A DNA stretch of 63,994 bases, the filler included, from Octopus bimaculoides (Eukaryota): the NCBI RefSeq assembly GCF_001194135.2. It is 4 parts of 4 records of this genome, joined end to end, with 100 filler letters (N's around TTAATTAATTAA, not from the genome) between each part and the next. Parts side by side here need not be neighbours in the genome. Positions count along the whole stretch, not along the records: positions 62,931 to 63,994 come from NW_026318959.1; 3 more parts are not named here. One strand, given 5' to 3'. The stretch's first letter is position 1. Each line of letters opens with the position of its first letter. Under the pieces are notes generated by a model. It ran no database searches, was not told where the DNA came from, and worked only from the letters and a program-made list of their open reading frames with translations. Of this stretch, positions 62,931 through 63,994 are shown one piece after another. Both the position numbers and the translations under genes were made by a program.

Positions 62931-63599
62931 GTGAAAGTGTTAACAAGAACAGGACAGTGAGATCAATTTACACGAACAAAAATAGTGGACTTAATATAAG
63001 CAAGCGAAAAAAGTTTAAAGTATCAGAATTAGAATGAGCAATTGAGTCCAATGCACAAATGCATACTTTCTTAATGTAATGCAGTGGTGATAATATATAA
63101 AACAAAAATCAACCACACTAAATGGATCATACCATAGAGTGTGACAACAACATTGCGAGGGTAGAAGGCAAGTTTAAACAACGTTACATCAACAACACAT
63201 CATCCTCTAGATATGCAAAAAAAGATAAATAAAATAAATAGTATCGAATTACAATTGGTAATTACAAGAGCATGATATTGACGCTGCAATCAAGTCGAAT
63301 ATTCTAGAAGTGCAAACTTATACACCAATGAAACAAAATATGCAATCTATGTACTACTGAAAAGAAATAAAATATACAATAATATCAATCATTCTGTGAA
63401 TTATTTTTATTTAGATCCCTAAATGCTGCCACCTCGACAAACACCTGCTAATAGTTTGGAAATGTGCACTAGCAGGCTAACTTTAATTTATCACTGACTT
63501 CATTTATTACACTGATATTTGTTTTGTTTTATCATTTTATGTATTTCTCCAGTATAGCCAACAACGTATTTTACAATTTTTTCTGCTAACCTACAAACA

Positions 63600-63994
63600 T
63601 TTTCTGTTTTAATACGTCATCCAGTCATCCAATTCCCTAAGGAAAAACCTTAGATTCTCCCGAAGTCTATTTACTGATTCCAAACGTGGCTTTCTTACGT
63701 TTTCATCCGTCTTTAACTCATTTCTTTTCAAAACTTCATTACATATCTTAAGTGGTTTTACCTTTGACAATCCAGAGGAATCAATCAATCTCTAACAAGG
63801 CGTGTCCTTTTCCACCACTGCTAATATGTTCTCTCTTCTAAAGCAAATAACAGTATAATTTGAGGGAGATTTGGCTGTCATTGCTAACACTTCAAGCAGC
63901 TTCGTAAAGGTTCTTATGTCGGGACTTGACCCTGTGATGACTACAGAATGAACAGGTTGGACTCCGCCAGAGCGACACAGTTGTAATCCTTCTG
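63600..63994 (-). mobile_element. Degenerate RTE-related LINE/SINE fragment
   Basis: GACAGCCAAATCTCCCTCAAAT motif and eroded RTE-like 3' coding remnant; runs off the window end. Confidence 0.3.

Overview
This is AT-rich eukaryotic genomic DNA, dominated by microsatellites and N-gaps. Its SINE families and repeat landscape look like an octopod cephalopod (Octopus-like; inference, no database search). No conserved host protein-coding gene is recognisable, and most entries in the ORF track are microsatellite or N-gap artefacts. Supported content: decayed transposons (two mariner relics, a Tc1/mariner MITE, an R4/Dong-like RT fragment, several Penelope-like fragments, two non-autonomous Helitrons), many tRNA-derived SINEs, and three artificial 100-bp scaffold linkers (N44-TTAATTAATTAA-N44) that split the window into four independently joined pieces. 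The most notable signal is a high density of type I hammerhead ribozyme (HHR) motifs. About 11 are clear and several more are weak, from several sequence-distinct families, most with palindromic stem III. Two sit in ORF-less ~545-575 nt monomers arranged as partial tandem plus inverted copies. This resembles non-autonomous Penelope-associated retrozyme-like elements and explains most of the local inverted repeats. A few low-confidence minus-strand exon candidates (including a possible 60-aa single-pass membrane protein) and one plus-strand promoter/first-exon candidate are also noted.
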